DNA of 64,000 nt from Chiloscyllium plagiosum (Eukaryota): the NCBI RefSeq assembly GCF_004010195.1, contig NC_057718.1, positions 67,420,588-67,484,587 of the forward strand, written 5' to 3'. The notes beneath the pieces are model-generated. The model searched no databases. It saw only the letters and a list, made by a program, of their open reading frames with translations, and was not told the DNA's origin. Made by a program: the position numbers and the translations under genes. Within the stretch, counting starts at the first letter, position 1; each line of letters starts with the position of its first letter. Positions 12,987-24,571 of this stretch are shown here, piece by piece.

Positions 12987-13574
12987 TTAACCATCACTAC
13001 AGCAAAGTATTTCTCTCTGAGCACTTACAGTCCATAACAACACATCCAGGAAGCCATCACTAAAGCTCTCTAACATCAGAAATGTTGTAGTTCTATCTCC
13101 AAACTTCATCAACTTCCATATTTGGAATGCCTCTTTAAATGCAGGCATTGAAATCACATGCACACAATGATCAAATCGTGTGAAATCAGGACCCAAATCT
13201 ATAGTGTTCCAGAGATGTCTCTCTTCCCACCCTTGTACATTGTTCATTTTCATTGATATGACTTTCTGTCTACAACCATAGTGTGTCAAGTGATGTCCAG
13301 ACCCACAGGAACAGTGACAAGCAGCGAGGCAGTACGAGTCCAGCAGCAGTTCAGTGCAGTTGGTGAAGGACACAGCTGGCTCAGCAATCCAAAAATAACA
13401 GAGGAGAAAAAGCCTGAAGAGAAGTCCAGCAGCAAAAGGGGGCTGTGGGTGATGTACTTCAAAGCCTACCAAATCCAAGGGAATCACACAGAGGGAAAAC
13501 CACAGGAGAGAGGAAACTGCATGCACAGTTGAGAAAGGATGGGAAGGTAAAAGGTTTTCACTGGCACAAGTCAT
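12987..13574 (-). CDS. Unclassified intronless gene B, 195 stop-free codons (true start may be internal)
   Basis: Longest non-TE ORF in the window; globular-looking C-terminal half (WNTIDLGPDFTRFDHCVHVISMPAFKEAFQIWKLMKFGD); AATAAA immediately follows the TAA stop (12981-12986). Confidence 0.5.
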   Translation of the reverse strand: MTCASENLLPSHPFSTVHAVSSLLWFSLCVIPLDLVGFEVHHPQPPFAAGLLFRLFLLCYFWIAEPAVSFTNCTELLLDSYCLAACHCSCGSGHHLTHYGCRQKVISMKMNNVQGWEERHLWNTIDLGPDFTRFDHCVHVISMPAFKEAFQIWKLMKFGDRTTTFLMLESFSDGFLDVLLWTVSAQREILCCSDG

Positions 13575-13950
13575 TGTGTAGTGACAGCAGTTGTCGCTGG
13601 GCTAGCAATCCAGAACCCCAGGCTGGGCACATGTACTGGGCCCATATACTGGGCACATGGAATTGAATCCCACTATAGCAGATGATGAAATTTTAATTAA
13701 ATGAAAATCTAGAATTGAAACGCTAGTCCTATGGTAACCATGTAACCATTGTCAATTGTTGCAAAAACCCATCACGTTCATTAATGTTCTTTCAGGAAGG
13801 CAATTCACTGTTCTTTCCTGGTCTGGCCTACATATAACTCCAGATCCACAGCAACGTGGTTCACACTTAACTGCCTTCTGGTCAATTAGGGATGTGTAAT
13901 AAAAGCTGGCTGAGTCAGCAACATCCATGCCTAGTGAGTTAAACAAAAAG
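13570..13950 (+). mobile_element. tRNA-headed SINE sharing both head/body and tail with LINE-X
   Basis: Body matches the reverse complement of 3480-3773; tail caattagggatg..taataaaagctggc matches the LINE-X 3' end at 50440-50510. Confidence 0.8.
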
Positions 13951-14047
13951 GAAGGAGACAAAATCCCTGTCACTGCTTTTTGTCTGCGCTGAGGAACGAA
14001 GACATCACATTAGTGTAAATCCTGCCCAGCCAGCAAGACAAACTGTC

Positions 14048-15742
14048 ATGCACTCCCTCGGAAAGATAATTTTACAGTGCCTTGCTACAGCAACAATAAG
14101 AGAATTCTGTCTACAGGTCAACAGGCTTTTAAAACAATCTGCAACTATCGAAGAGATTAATAGACCTAGGAACAACTTACATTTTTCCACTTTCCTAAGG
14201 TAAGTGATGTACCCAACAACATGATTTCTTGTTTGCAAATATCATGAACATAGTAAAAAAGCAAATTTTAAATTGGATAGGGTAGAAGAAGACTTATCCA
14301 TTCTTTCTGATTCAACAGTATGATCAAGTCTTAATTGAAGCCTCCAATCATTTTTATTCAAACTTCAGGTTTCATATGTACCACAATAAGACTGTCACCA
14401 CAGATGTAGGCCATCCTTCAATACAATAGGAGAGAGACCATTCCCAATCAGCACTGCTCTTTGTTAATTAGAGATGCCTGTTTGGCTTTGAATCTTTTTC
14501 GTGAAGAAGTTATTGAAGGAACCAAAGTTGACTTTTTGTTTAATGAATCAATCTCCACTATGAAAACACCACTCCTAAGGCAACACAAAAATAATGCAGT
14601 TTTTTTCCATTTCTGTTAAGTGGGGGGGCAACAAGCTGTGGGAAAAAGGAACCAGAGGCACTAGCCACAAGGGGGCATTCTAGACTCCAGTTGCTTTCTC
14701 TTGGACATTTAACAGAGAATGAAACTGCCATTGTTAATGATTTTGGGGAAACAGAGGTCCAGGATGTTTCCATATTTTGACTCAGCTGACAATGATTAAA
14801 AAGGCTCTGCTGTCTCTTTTGACAAGAATTACATTATTTTTCAAGTTGATAACAAGTATGTAAATTCATTTATTCAATCTGCCATGCATCAGCCGCAGCT
14901 ACACAATTACATGTAGATATTCCTTCCTGTGATGAAAACTGGACTATCAAGAAGAAGAAAGTGATGGACATCCTGAAGTCTCAGTTATTGTCAGCCTCAC
15001 CAAGTAAAACTCCCCCTTGAGGCTGGTTACCCTTCTCCTTCATTCATATGATGGACAGTATCTTGACAAAGTTGCTAGCAACTAAGCTGAAGGTAAAGGA
15101 CCTGCCAGACTACATGCCACAAATTGAAAGTATCCTAATATTTTAAAGGACAGCAGCTGAAGTGGAGCTTATGGTAGCTCAATCATACATGAACACCAGC
15201 AAAGGTTTGCAGCTTTATTTTTAATAGGGAGACCACAATTTCTGAGAAGTCTTGGATAATAGAGTTAGAAAGGAACCTTCAATCATACATAGAGAAGATC
15301 TCAGAGATTCAACATTGTTTTAATGTCTGTGAATGTTTGGGTAGCGTGGATAGCTTTCAATAAGTAGGGAACATAAAGGTGAACTTGATACATGTAAGGG
15401 AAAACTTCAAACCTTAGAATCAGCCCACAAGAAGTTGTTCAACAGCTAGAAACAGCTGGTGTAGAACGGTACAGAGCAAAGGAGGTGCTACATTCCAAAT
15501 TGGATCAAATCAATATTTAATGTTCAGAAATTATTGAATAGCACAAATGTCATTTGAAATCTGCAGTTGAGTCTTATCAGTAATTTATAAAAGGTCTCAA
15601 AGTTTTTTTTAGTGAAGAAGTAGAGCCCCAAACTATAAAGCTTTTAGAGCCAGTAATAATCCTTAAAATGTCTAAAACTGAGCAACAAATGGAGTTTGGA
15701 ATTAATAAGATCAAACAAGATTTGGAGAGATCTAACTACTGA
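14048..15742 (+). pseudogene. Decayed unclassified intronless gene C (~560 codons, helical-looking)
   Basis: Long frameshift-linked frames: MHSLGKIILQCLATATIREFCLQVNRLLKQ; QHCSLLIRDACLALNLFREEVIEGTKVDFLFNE; DIPSCDENWTIKKKKVMDILKSQLL; TKLLATKLKVKDLPDYMPQIESILIF; ISPQEVVQQLETAGVERYRAKEVLHSKLDQI; many stops are TAA/TAG at probable Gln codons. Confidence 0.6.
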
Positions 15743-15789
15743 AACAGATTTAAAAACTAAAAGCCCAGCTATTGGCAGTTACACAGCAT

Positions 15790-16470
15790 TATCAAGCCAC
15801 ATGGTTCCATCAGGGAGGGTGCTCATATTGCAGTACAGGATTTCACAACTGTTATATTGCATTTAAAGGGATTACAGTACCATCAGATGGAATTGATGAC
15901 TGGTCACCTATCCTATTACCAGTGGGGCGTCTGTAGATAAAATATACATTGCTAATGTTGAACCTTCTAGCAAGCCTGCAGATCAGTGTATGGTGCAAGT
16001 GCTTCCAATAGATGCCAACACTGATGTAGATATCCAAGAAAGTCTAATTTCTTGAATCATCAATTTCATTCAATGGTTGATGGTAGTGCACACGTACATT
16101 CTGAAGGAGGTCCTGAGAGGCCATTATCTGAAGCGGAGCAGCTTCAAGCTGAAGCAGCTGTGGCGTATGATACCACCACTTGCAGAAAGTGAAATACCTA
16201 ATTTTGTTGTGGTAGAGAAGTCCTTATTTCCTCAACTTCTGAATCCTCTTCATTCTTCTTTTTGTCTATCTAATTCAGGACCAGAGACAGTGTTCAATCA
16301 TTCTTCTATTGTCAAAGTAGTGGTGGTAACATAGCTGTGAAGTTCTTCATAGGAACTGGTGAAGCTGGTATTTTAAGCATTTTCCAGTCTGCAACATGGA
16401 AGAAAAGGAGAATACAAATGTCTTCCACTTTCAGAGGTGTAGATGTTTTGGGTCCTGGAGCTTTCTGCAT
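15790..16470 (-). pseudogene. Decayed gene D, possible uracil-DNA glycosylase-like fold
   Basis: Single frame 16223-15790: HNKIRYFTFCKWWYHTPQ...DLLQNVRVHY...TFLDIYISVGIYWKHLHHTLICRLARRFNISNVYFIY...NPVLQYEHPP; by-eye similarity to UNG motifs; 5' end cut by a CR1. Confidence 0.45.
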
Positions 16471-18010
16471 TTTAATCTGCATATACATTTGGGAAATCAA
16501 ATCAGTAATAATTCTATAGAGAAGGAATTCCTGGAATGTGTACATGATGATTTTTTAGACCAATATGTTGAGGAACCAACTAAAGAACAGACCAGTCTTA
16601 ACTGTATCCTGTCTAATGATAAAGGAATACTTGGCAATTTAGCTGTGTGAGCCTTCTTGGAGAAGTGTGACCATAATATAATAGAAATCTTCATGAAAAT
16701 GGAAAGTGATTTGGTCCATTCTGAAATGAGGATCTTGAATCTAAGGAAAGGAAATATAATGATATAATGTGCGAGTTAGCTACGATGAATCGGAAAACAT
16801 CACTTATAGAGATGACAGTGCATAGGCAAAGAGCGATTGAATGAACTGCAACAATTGTTCATTCCTGCCTGCACAAAAATTGAATGGGCAGGTGTCCTAA
16901 GCATGGCTAATAAGGGAAATTAGGAATAGTATTAGACCCAATGAAGGACATAAAAGTTAGACAGAAAAGTAGCAGACCTGAAGATTAGGACCAATTTAAA
17001 TTTCAGCAAAGGAGGACATGGATTTACAACAGGAAAGTCATGCTTGACAAATATACAGGAATTATTCGAGGATGGAACAAATAGAATTGATAAGTGGGGT
17101 TATGACATGGAGGTTGAATCTGTTTGTGAATTAAATAAAAACACCCAGAGAAGATCACCTCACCTTGTAATCTGTTAAAAATTTGAGAATGAAAGAAGAT
17201 CCCAGATTTCGAACGTATAAAAAAAGTAAACATTTATTTATTTAACCCTAACAGTGAACACTATCAAAACTATGAACAAACTGAACACTTTTTCCCCTAA
17301 CTAACCATTATCCTTAGCTGATCACAATTCTATTAATATGCTGTTCCAATAACACAGTTCATAATAATGGTAAATTGTCACTTAATCTCTTAAAGCCCAC
17401 ACAGATGGTCTTCTCTTCTTCCTTCAACCTTCCTTCTTCTTCTTGAATCTGCTGTATTCTCCTGGGTCTTCTTTTTATTTTTTGCTGTGGAGTATTTTGA
17501 GCTACCAAATGCCTTGGTACCTCTTAAATAAATGGTACTTTCTTAGAAATTTCTTTGAGAGCTTTTCATATTAGATGGACGGTTAGCTCTCTCCCGATTT
17601 TCAAAAATCCCGATTTTATATATTCCTGATGATGCACCAAATTCTTACAATATGATTGGTTTCAGGCTGTAAACACTATCAATTTTTAAATTCAATTGGC
17701 TTTGAATGGCTGAGTGTTTGGTTTAAATTAATTGGTCAAATTTGACTTGCCATCAAAACTGCAGCAAACCTTAGGTATCCATTAACAAAGCCAACTGTTA
17801 CGTTTCCATTTTGGATCAGTCTGTCTTCCATAGCAGCTCACAGATTCCTTTTTCTGCTGAACTCTTAAGCTTCAAGAGCACTTTTCCTCTTAAAGAGACC
17901 ACACTCTGCTTTTCTATTCCCTATTATTCTACCCATCTTCGTAACAGTGGGATCCATAGACGTGATTAATTTGGACTTCCAGAAGATTTTCAATAAGTTT
18001 CACTATTGGT
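16470..18010 (+). mobile_element. Old CR1 fragment (APE to RT, internally deleted), interrupted by a solo LTR
   Basis: EFLECVHDDFLDQYVEEPT; resumes after the LTR with IDVINLDFQKIFNKFH. Confidence 0.85.
17098..17946 (-). mobile_element. Solo LTR (Gypsy-type)
   Basis: Ends (g)gttatg...gtaaca; 4 bp TSD gtgg (17094-17097, 17947-17950); reverse-complement similarity to the 3' part of the LTRs at 43711 and 39866. Confidence 0.8.
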
Positions 18011-18524
18011 TACCATGTTTGCCTATTTAACAAGAATGACTGCATTTCAAATGTAATACTTTTAGCATTGAAATGCATTGAAATATCCTGAGAGCATTAT
18101 CAGATTCTATGTAACTGTAATTTTTCTCTTTACAAACAATTCAATGCAATAATAAGTAATTACAAAATTAGAAATCATTGCCAAATATGTATGTTTTAAG
18201 CACTAAAATTCATGTGTACATCTTGGAATCATGTGCTTAATGAAGCACAACCGTATTTATTAATAAGGATTCATTTTTTCCTCTAAATCAGTGATTTACA
18301 TAGGCTTAGGGGAAATTTTCATAAAATGAAGCAAATATCCATTCATATTGAGTTCACAATGCCCAGTATACAAGGGAGTAACATCTATCAAATTTATTAT
18401 ATACATAACTGAAAATGAAAGCACTTATTTTCACTACCAGTGAAGCATTCCTGGATCTCTAAAAATGGCTGCCAGCACTTCCCAATTTTGGTCTTATGTG
18501 GGGTTTGTGTGGGTTGAATTCTTC

Positions 18525-18820
18525 GAATCATAGAATCCCTACAGTGTGGAAACAGGCCCTTCAGCCCAACAAGTCCACATCGACACTGCAAAGAGTAACC
18601 CACCCAGACTCATTTAACCGCTGACTAATGCAACCAAGCTACACATCCCTGAAAACTGTGGACAATTTAGCATGGCCAATTCACCTAACCTATACATCTT
18701 TGGACCGTGGGAGGAAACTGGAGCACCCGGAAGAAACCCACACAGACACAGGGAAAATGTGCAAACTCCACATAGACAGTCGCCCGAGGCTGGAATCAAA
18801 CTCAGGTCCTGATGCTGTGA
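18525..18820 (-). mobile_element. HE1-type SINE, 5'-truncated
   Basis: catagaatccctacagtgtggaaacaggcc tail and HE1 body. Confidence 0.9.
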
Positions 18821-19479
18821 ATTGAAGGTGTGATCACATGAGTTGGAAAGAGCCAAGGAAGCTGGAGTTTCTGATGTAATCAGAATGGAAAAAATGGTGA
18901 GGGGTTCCAGCACTATGTCAAAGAATTAGAATAAAATATGAAAATATTCCTCAAATTTCAACCATTACATCTCCTTCATTTCTCTTTATCCCCACATAGT
19001 CCCCTGATCTATTCCTATCAACCCATACTACCAAAGGCCCTCTATCTATCCTCTACCTTGGGCTCTTCTTACCCCTATGCCAACTTATGCCTATTTACTT
19101 ATCCTCATGACCCTCATATCCCCATGCCGCTCTCGAGTTAACTTCAACCCACCACTCTTTTCCCTTTCACCTGCCATACCAACTCACATCCACAAGTATC
19201 CACATCCACATAACTATGTGCGCCGCATTAAAAACTAAGTTATAAATGAAGTTCTATTACACAAAGACTACATTTTATTCAGGAAAGCAATCTTCTTCAT
19301 TAAACGCACTTTGACAGGCCTTGACACATGTTGAAAATTCTTAACAGGTCAACAGTTCTCAATACTTCTTGAAAGTCTTGACACCTCTAGGTATATCTTG
19401 ACATTTCTAGATAGGTCAAAATTTCATGACACTTCTTGACAGCTCTAAACATATCATAATTCTGAATTCACTTGCCAAC

Positions 19480-19605
19480 CAACAAGCACTCTCTTTCCAT
19501 GCAGTGTAAATGATATTTTCCTTTAACACTGGTAATTCTTGAGAATTGTCTTGATGAAAGGAAGATGAAAAGCTTTGACAAGATGTGTCTTATTTTTTCA
19601 ATAAT
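19480..19605 (+). mobile_element. Decayed Penelope-like terminal fragment (third family)
   Basis: ttgatga...gaaaagctttgac hammerhead-like remnant. Confidence 0.4.
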
Positions 19606-21803
19606 TTACCATTACCATTTTTTTTCCAAGGAAACATTTTACTTTTAACCATTTGGACATGTAACAGATCCTCCATGACCATAGAGGAAACCTATGGCTA
19701 GGGGTTTATAACTAGGTTTTCAAACTTTTCAAGGGAAATACTTCTAAACCTAGTTCTCCACAATGTTCCCTCTGTCACTAAACTATCCCAAATGCTTCTC
19801 ATCTACAACCAGCTCTCCCTAATGCACCTTCCCACCCCCACTCAGCTTTCCCCAACCTTCCTTGAGTGCACCCCATTCTCTCCATTTCTACTCCCCTTTT
19901 CCAGCTTTCCACAGTCATCCCTACACACTCCCTACACACTCCCAACTCTCCTCAATCGTCTCCAGACCTAAACTAATCCTCCTGCATGCATCCAACTGTC
20001 CCCAGTCATGAACGTCACCACTCAGTTCTCCCTAATTTCCTCGTTCCCACCCAAACCTCCAAAATCCTCAAAGTCCTTGCTCACCTTTCCCCAATTTTTC
20101 CCTTTTCTTTAAACTTTGTGAGATGGAAATGCGACATTAACTTACAGACTTTCTGCACAATGGTTTTCTGACCTCAGTAAAAGGGTTCTTTGGAAGTAAG
20201 ATAAAGTGAAGTAATTCATTGTGCAATGTAATATAGTAATGGCAGAATTACATTATTCATATAACATTTCTAACACGGGGACAGTATGCAATTGAAGCAA
20301 GGGAAATTAAAGAAATGACAGATCAATTTAAAATGGTGCTCAAATCTTTTTTTATGCAGACCCTGAACTTCTGTGTAGTTTGTGCAGTCTTCATTTGCAG
20401 TTCTGGCAAGAGATTGACTTAAGTCTCCCAACAAAAGCAGCATCAAACTAGAATAAGTAGGTTAGAACACAGTGTTTCATATAACTTTTAGTGGAGAATT
20501 AGAGCAGGACTGGAGAGAGAACCTACAAACTTTCAAGCTCATAGAATGTGTTCATTCAATTATTAACCTGTTCTAAAAGACACAAGTATGACAAGAGATT
20601 AAGAGTGACTTTCCCTGAATTAGTTTTATTAATGGTAATTTCAGAAGTGATTTACTCCCATGCATTGTTTATCATCCATTGAACTCACTGGGTAATTGTT
20701 TATAGTTTAAATGATATGATTGCAAAGATATATTTTATTCCAAAGGAGTGATCCAAATTAACGAGACTTTTATGCCTGAGAATAAAAAATCCTGTGCATT
20801 TCCTTGAATTCCCCCACATAATCATCACAAAATCTAACTGAATAGTTCTGGCAACCTGGCTAAAACTAGATGTTATAATTTTACTGAAAAAAACATTTTT
20901 TGATGAGTTGCTTCTTAATAATTTCTACATTATTCTGCAGAAATTCTTTTCCTGACAGCTTCAGTACCTCAGTGATTAAATGTGTGGAAAAGGTCTCTGT
21001 TTATGTTACATTCTGACTCATTGAGAATTGACCAATGAGTAGCACGACGGTATCCATGGAGATGTCCACATGCTTTGCCCTCTTGACCAAGACAGTAGAC
21101 ACAATAATTTGGAAGGACAAAATGGTGCAGATTAAAAGAACTTATGAAAATAAAATTGCTGCTTTTGTTTTCTTAACACAACTATCAGTTATTTCTCTGC
21201 ATTTCAGTGCACTGCTCCCATTCTTCAATTAAATAGAAAGCCATCTTATACTCAGTTTCATTGATGTATCTGTGCTTCTTTTCAAAACTGATTTCACATT
21301 CCCTTTCAGATTACTGCCACTCATTGCAGGCATCCGTGCTGTTTGGAAAATGGTACAACAGCTCAATGCATCTAATTAAGTTTTAATTGTAACTGATAAG
21401 ACTTTAGCCATGGTGCTAGCTACATGTCAAATGAAGCTGGTATCATCACTAATGCAACTGTATTAGACAGATATTCATTCAGGGTTGTCTCATTTCAGTC
21501 TGGATGCCTTGATAATTTTTCTAGTGACGAATGCATCAGGTGCAGAAACAACTCTTAAACTAATTGGTCCTCCATGTTGTTGAAAACTGTTTATAATTTA
21601 ATATGCTTCCTTGCTTAATGTAAACTCTTAAGAAAAATTGCTTGGGATCATATTCTTCATGCCCTACCTGAAACACATTTCTAAGAGGTGAAATTAATTC
21701 TATAACTCACAATTTGGATCCTCAGGGAGTAATAATATTCTCTACTGACAAGTTTGTGGAATTTTCACAGGTATGCAATGGCCACAAGAATTCTGCCAAT
21801 GTT

Positions 21804-24394
21804 CTAAAAACTGAAAGAACTGCGGATGCTGTAAATCAGAAACAAAATAAGAAGTTACTGGAAAAGCTCAGTGGATCTGACAACATCCGTGAAGAGAAAT
21901 TAGAATTAACATTTCAGGTACAGTGACTCTTTCTCAGAACTGAAAATAGCTAGGAAATGTTGGTTTATATGCAAAAGACCGAATGCGGGAAAGGGGTAAG
22001 AACTATACAAAAGGTGGGCATAGAGCCCAAAGAGAGAGAATAGTTGGACAGACAAAAGAATTAATAACAATCTGGCTAGGAGGATGAATAGCTGTTAATG
22101 GAGACTGTTAATGGCTAACAATAGGCAATGTGTAACGGCAGGCTATGTGATAACAAGGCTTGGTGTGTGGAGTAGGAGGCTAGGACATGAGGGAGTTCCA
22201 GCTCTAACATTATTAAACTTAATGTTAAGTCCAGAGGGCTGCAGGGTGCTCAAGTGGAAAATAACGTACTGTTCTTCCAGCTTCACTGGAACACTGCGGT
22301 AAGCCCAAGACAGAGATGTTGGCCAGGGAACAGGATGGTGTATTAAAGTGTCAGGCAATCAGAAGCTCAAGGTCTTTTTTGTGGGCAGAATGTAGATGTC
22401 CTTAAAAGTGGTCACCCAGTCTACACTTCATTGTCCCAATATATTGGAGACCACATTGTGAGCAGCAATACGAGTTGCAGGAAGGTGCTGTGGGGCTGTG
22501 GAGAGGTGTTAGAAGTGAAGGAAGAGTGTACTAGGCTATCCCAGAGGGAATGGTCCCTGTGGAAGGCGGACAAGGGTGGGGAGGGGAATATGTGGCTGGT
22601 GGTGGCATCTTGCTGGATGTGGCAGAAATGGCTGCTGATGGGGGAGTCAGTGGATTTATAGTGGATATTAGTGGCCAGTCTATCGTCAGAAATGGAAACA
22701 GAGATATCAAGGAAAGGACAGATGGAATTAGAGGTAGACCAACAGCATGGGTTCAAGTTCTGCACAGGCTGAGGTCACCATGAAGGAAAACTTCCTCAAA
22801 CTCTCCCCTTACATTAGGTGGGGTGACCCTCGGGTTAAATCACCACCAGTTCTCTCTCATGAGACAGTAGCCCTATATAATGACTTTTCCTGTAGCATTG
22901 TCATCTGGAAAGCACTGCCTGAAATGGTGATAGAAGCAAATTCAGTCACAACATTCGAAAGATAAATGCTTCCACGATGAGGGAAAATTTGCATGTAGGT
23001 GTGAAAAGAGCAGGTCAATGTAATGAGCTGGTTAAAAATCGACTAAACAGCCAGCACAGGAATTATTGGATTATTTCAGGAATCCGATAAGGCCAACATT
23101 GACAAGGGAGCCTCCGAAATGTGCACCTGCTTCCTCAACCAAGGATTCCTCAGCACCATTGACAACAGGGTCCTCAAACAGGTCTGACCCATCTCCCACG
23201 CTTCTGCCCTCACCCCATCTCTTACCTCCCGTAACAGCAACACGGTTCCCATTGTTCTTACCTACCATCCCACCAGAATCCGTGACCAGAAGATCATCAG
23301 CCGTCATTTCTGCCACATTCCAGCAAGATGCTACCACCAGATGCATATTCCCCTCCCCGCCCTTGTCCACCTTCCGCAGGGACCATTTCCTCTGGGATAG
23401 CCTGGTCCAGTCTTCCTTCACTCCCAACACCTCTCCACAGCCCCACAGCACCTTCCTGCAACCCTCAAAGGTGTAACACCTGCCCATTTACCTACTCCCT
23501 CCTCAGTGTCCAAGGGCCCAAACATACCTTCCAGGAGAAGCAGCACTTTACCTGCACTTTCCACAATTTAGTCTACAGCATTTGCTGCTCACAATGTGGT
23601 CTCCACTACATTGGGGAAGGAAGCGTGGACTGGGTGACTGCTTTTAAGAACATCTACGTTCTGCCTGCAAAAAAGACCTTGAGCTTCCAGTTACCTGACG
23701 CTTTAATACACTGTCCTATTCCCTGGGCAGTATCTCTGTTTTGGGCTTGCCGCAGTGTTCCAGTGAAGCTCAGTGTAAGCTGGAAGAACAGCACCTCATT
23801 TTCCGCTTGAGCACCCTGCAGCCCTCTGGACTTAACATCGAGTTTAACAATTTTAGAGCTGGAACTCCCCCATGTCCTAGACTCCTACTCCACACACCAG
23901 GCCTTGTTATCACATACCCTGCCATTGCACACTACCTATTGTTAGCCACTAACAGTCTCCATTAACAGCTATTCATCCTCCTAGCCAGATCATTAACTCT
24001 TTTGTCAGTCCAATTATTCTTCTCTCTCTTTGGGCTCTATGCCCACCTATTGTATAGTCCTTACCCCCTTCCCGTATTCTGTCTTCTGCATATAAACCAT
24101 GATATGGAGATACCGATGTTGGACTGGGGTGTACAAAGTTAAAAATCACACAATACCAGTTTGTAGTCCAACAGGTTTAATTGGAATCCCTAGCTTTCAG
24201 ACAACCACCTGAGGAAGGAGCAGCGCTCCGAAAGCTAGTGCTTCCAATTAAACCTGTTGGACTATAACCTGGTGTTGTGGCATATAAACCAACATTTCCT
24301 GAGAAAGGGTCACTGGCCCCGAAACGTTAACTCTGATTTCTCTTAACAGATGCTGCCAGACTTGCCGAGCTTTTCCAGCAACTTATGTTTTTGT
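21804..24394. mobile_element. Penelope-like element in inverted (fold-back) arrangement with a non-PLE spacer
   Basis: Right arm encodes a GIY-YIG-type endonuclease region (HFTCTFHNLVYSICCSQCGLHYIGE; KLEEQHLIFRLSTLQPSGLN); left arm is a partial reverse complement; 13 bp TSD ttctgccaatgtt (21791-21803, 24395-24407). Confidence 0.85.
24100..24279. mobile_element. Penelope-like fold-back (family B) nested in the right arm of the larger PLE
   Basis: 12 bp TSD gcatataaacca (24088-24099, 24280-24291); core CTGAGGAAGGAGCAGCGCTCCGAAAGCT. Confidence 0.85.
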
Positions 24395-24571
24395 TTCTGC
24401 CAATGTTGTGTTCTGTAACCTGAGCATAAGACATTTTTTATGAACTGTCAATAACTGTCTGGCAGATACTGCATTCAAAACTATAATGTCATAATGTGCA
24501 TGTCAGAACAGGACAAACCTCATTCATTGTAATGCAGATATGAAATGCAAATTGTCAGGTAACTGTGAAGT

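Noticed and set aside
14198..14205. AG/GTAAGT splice donor suggesting a host exon
   Set aside because: No convincing acceptor or recognisable host peptide; coding-like sequence continues past it within gene C.
20200..21790. TE-poor AT-rich stretch as a possible exon or conserved element (also 24720-25300, 57330-58160)
   Set aside because: No coding or structural signal that I can support without cross-species alignment.
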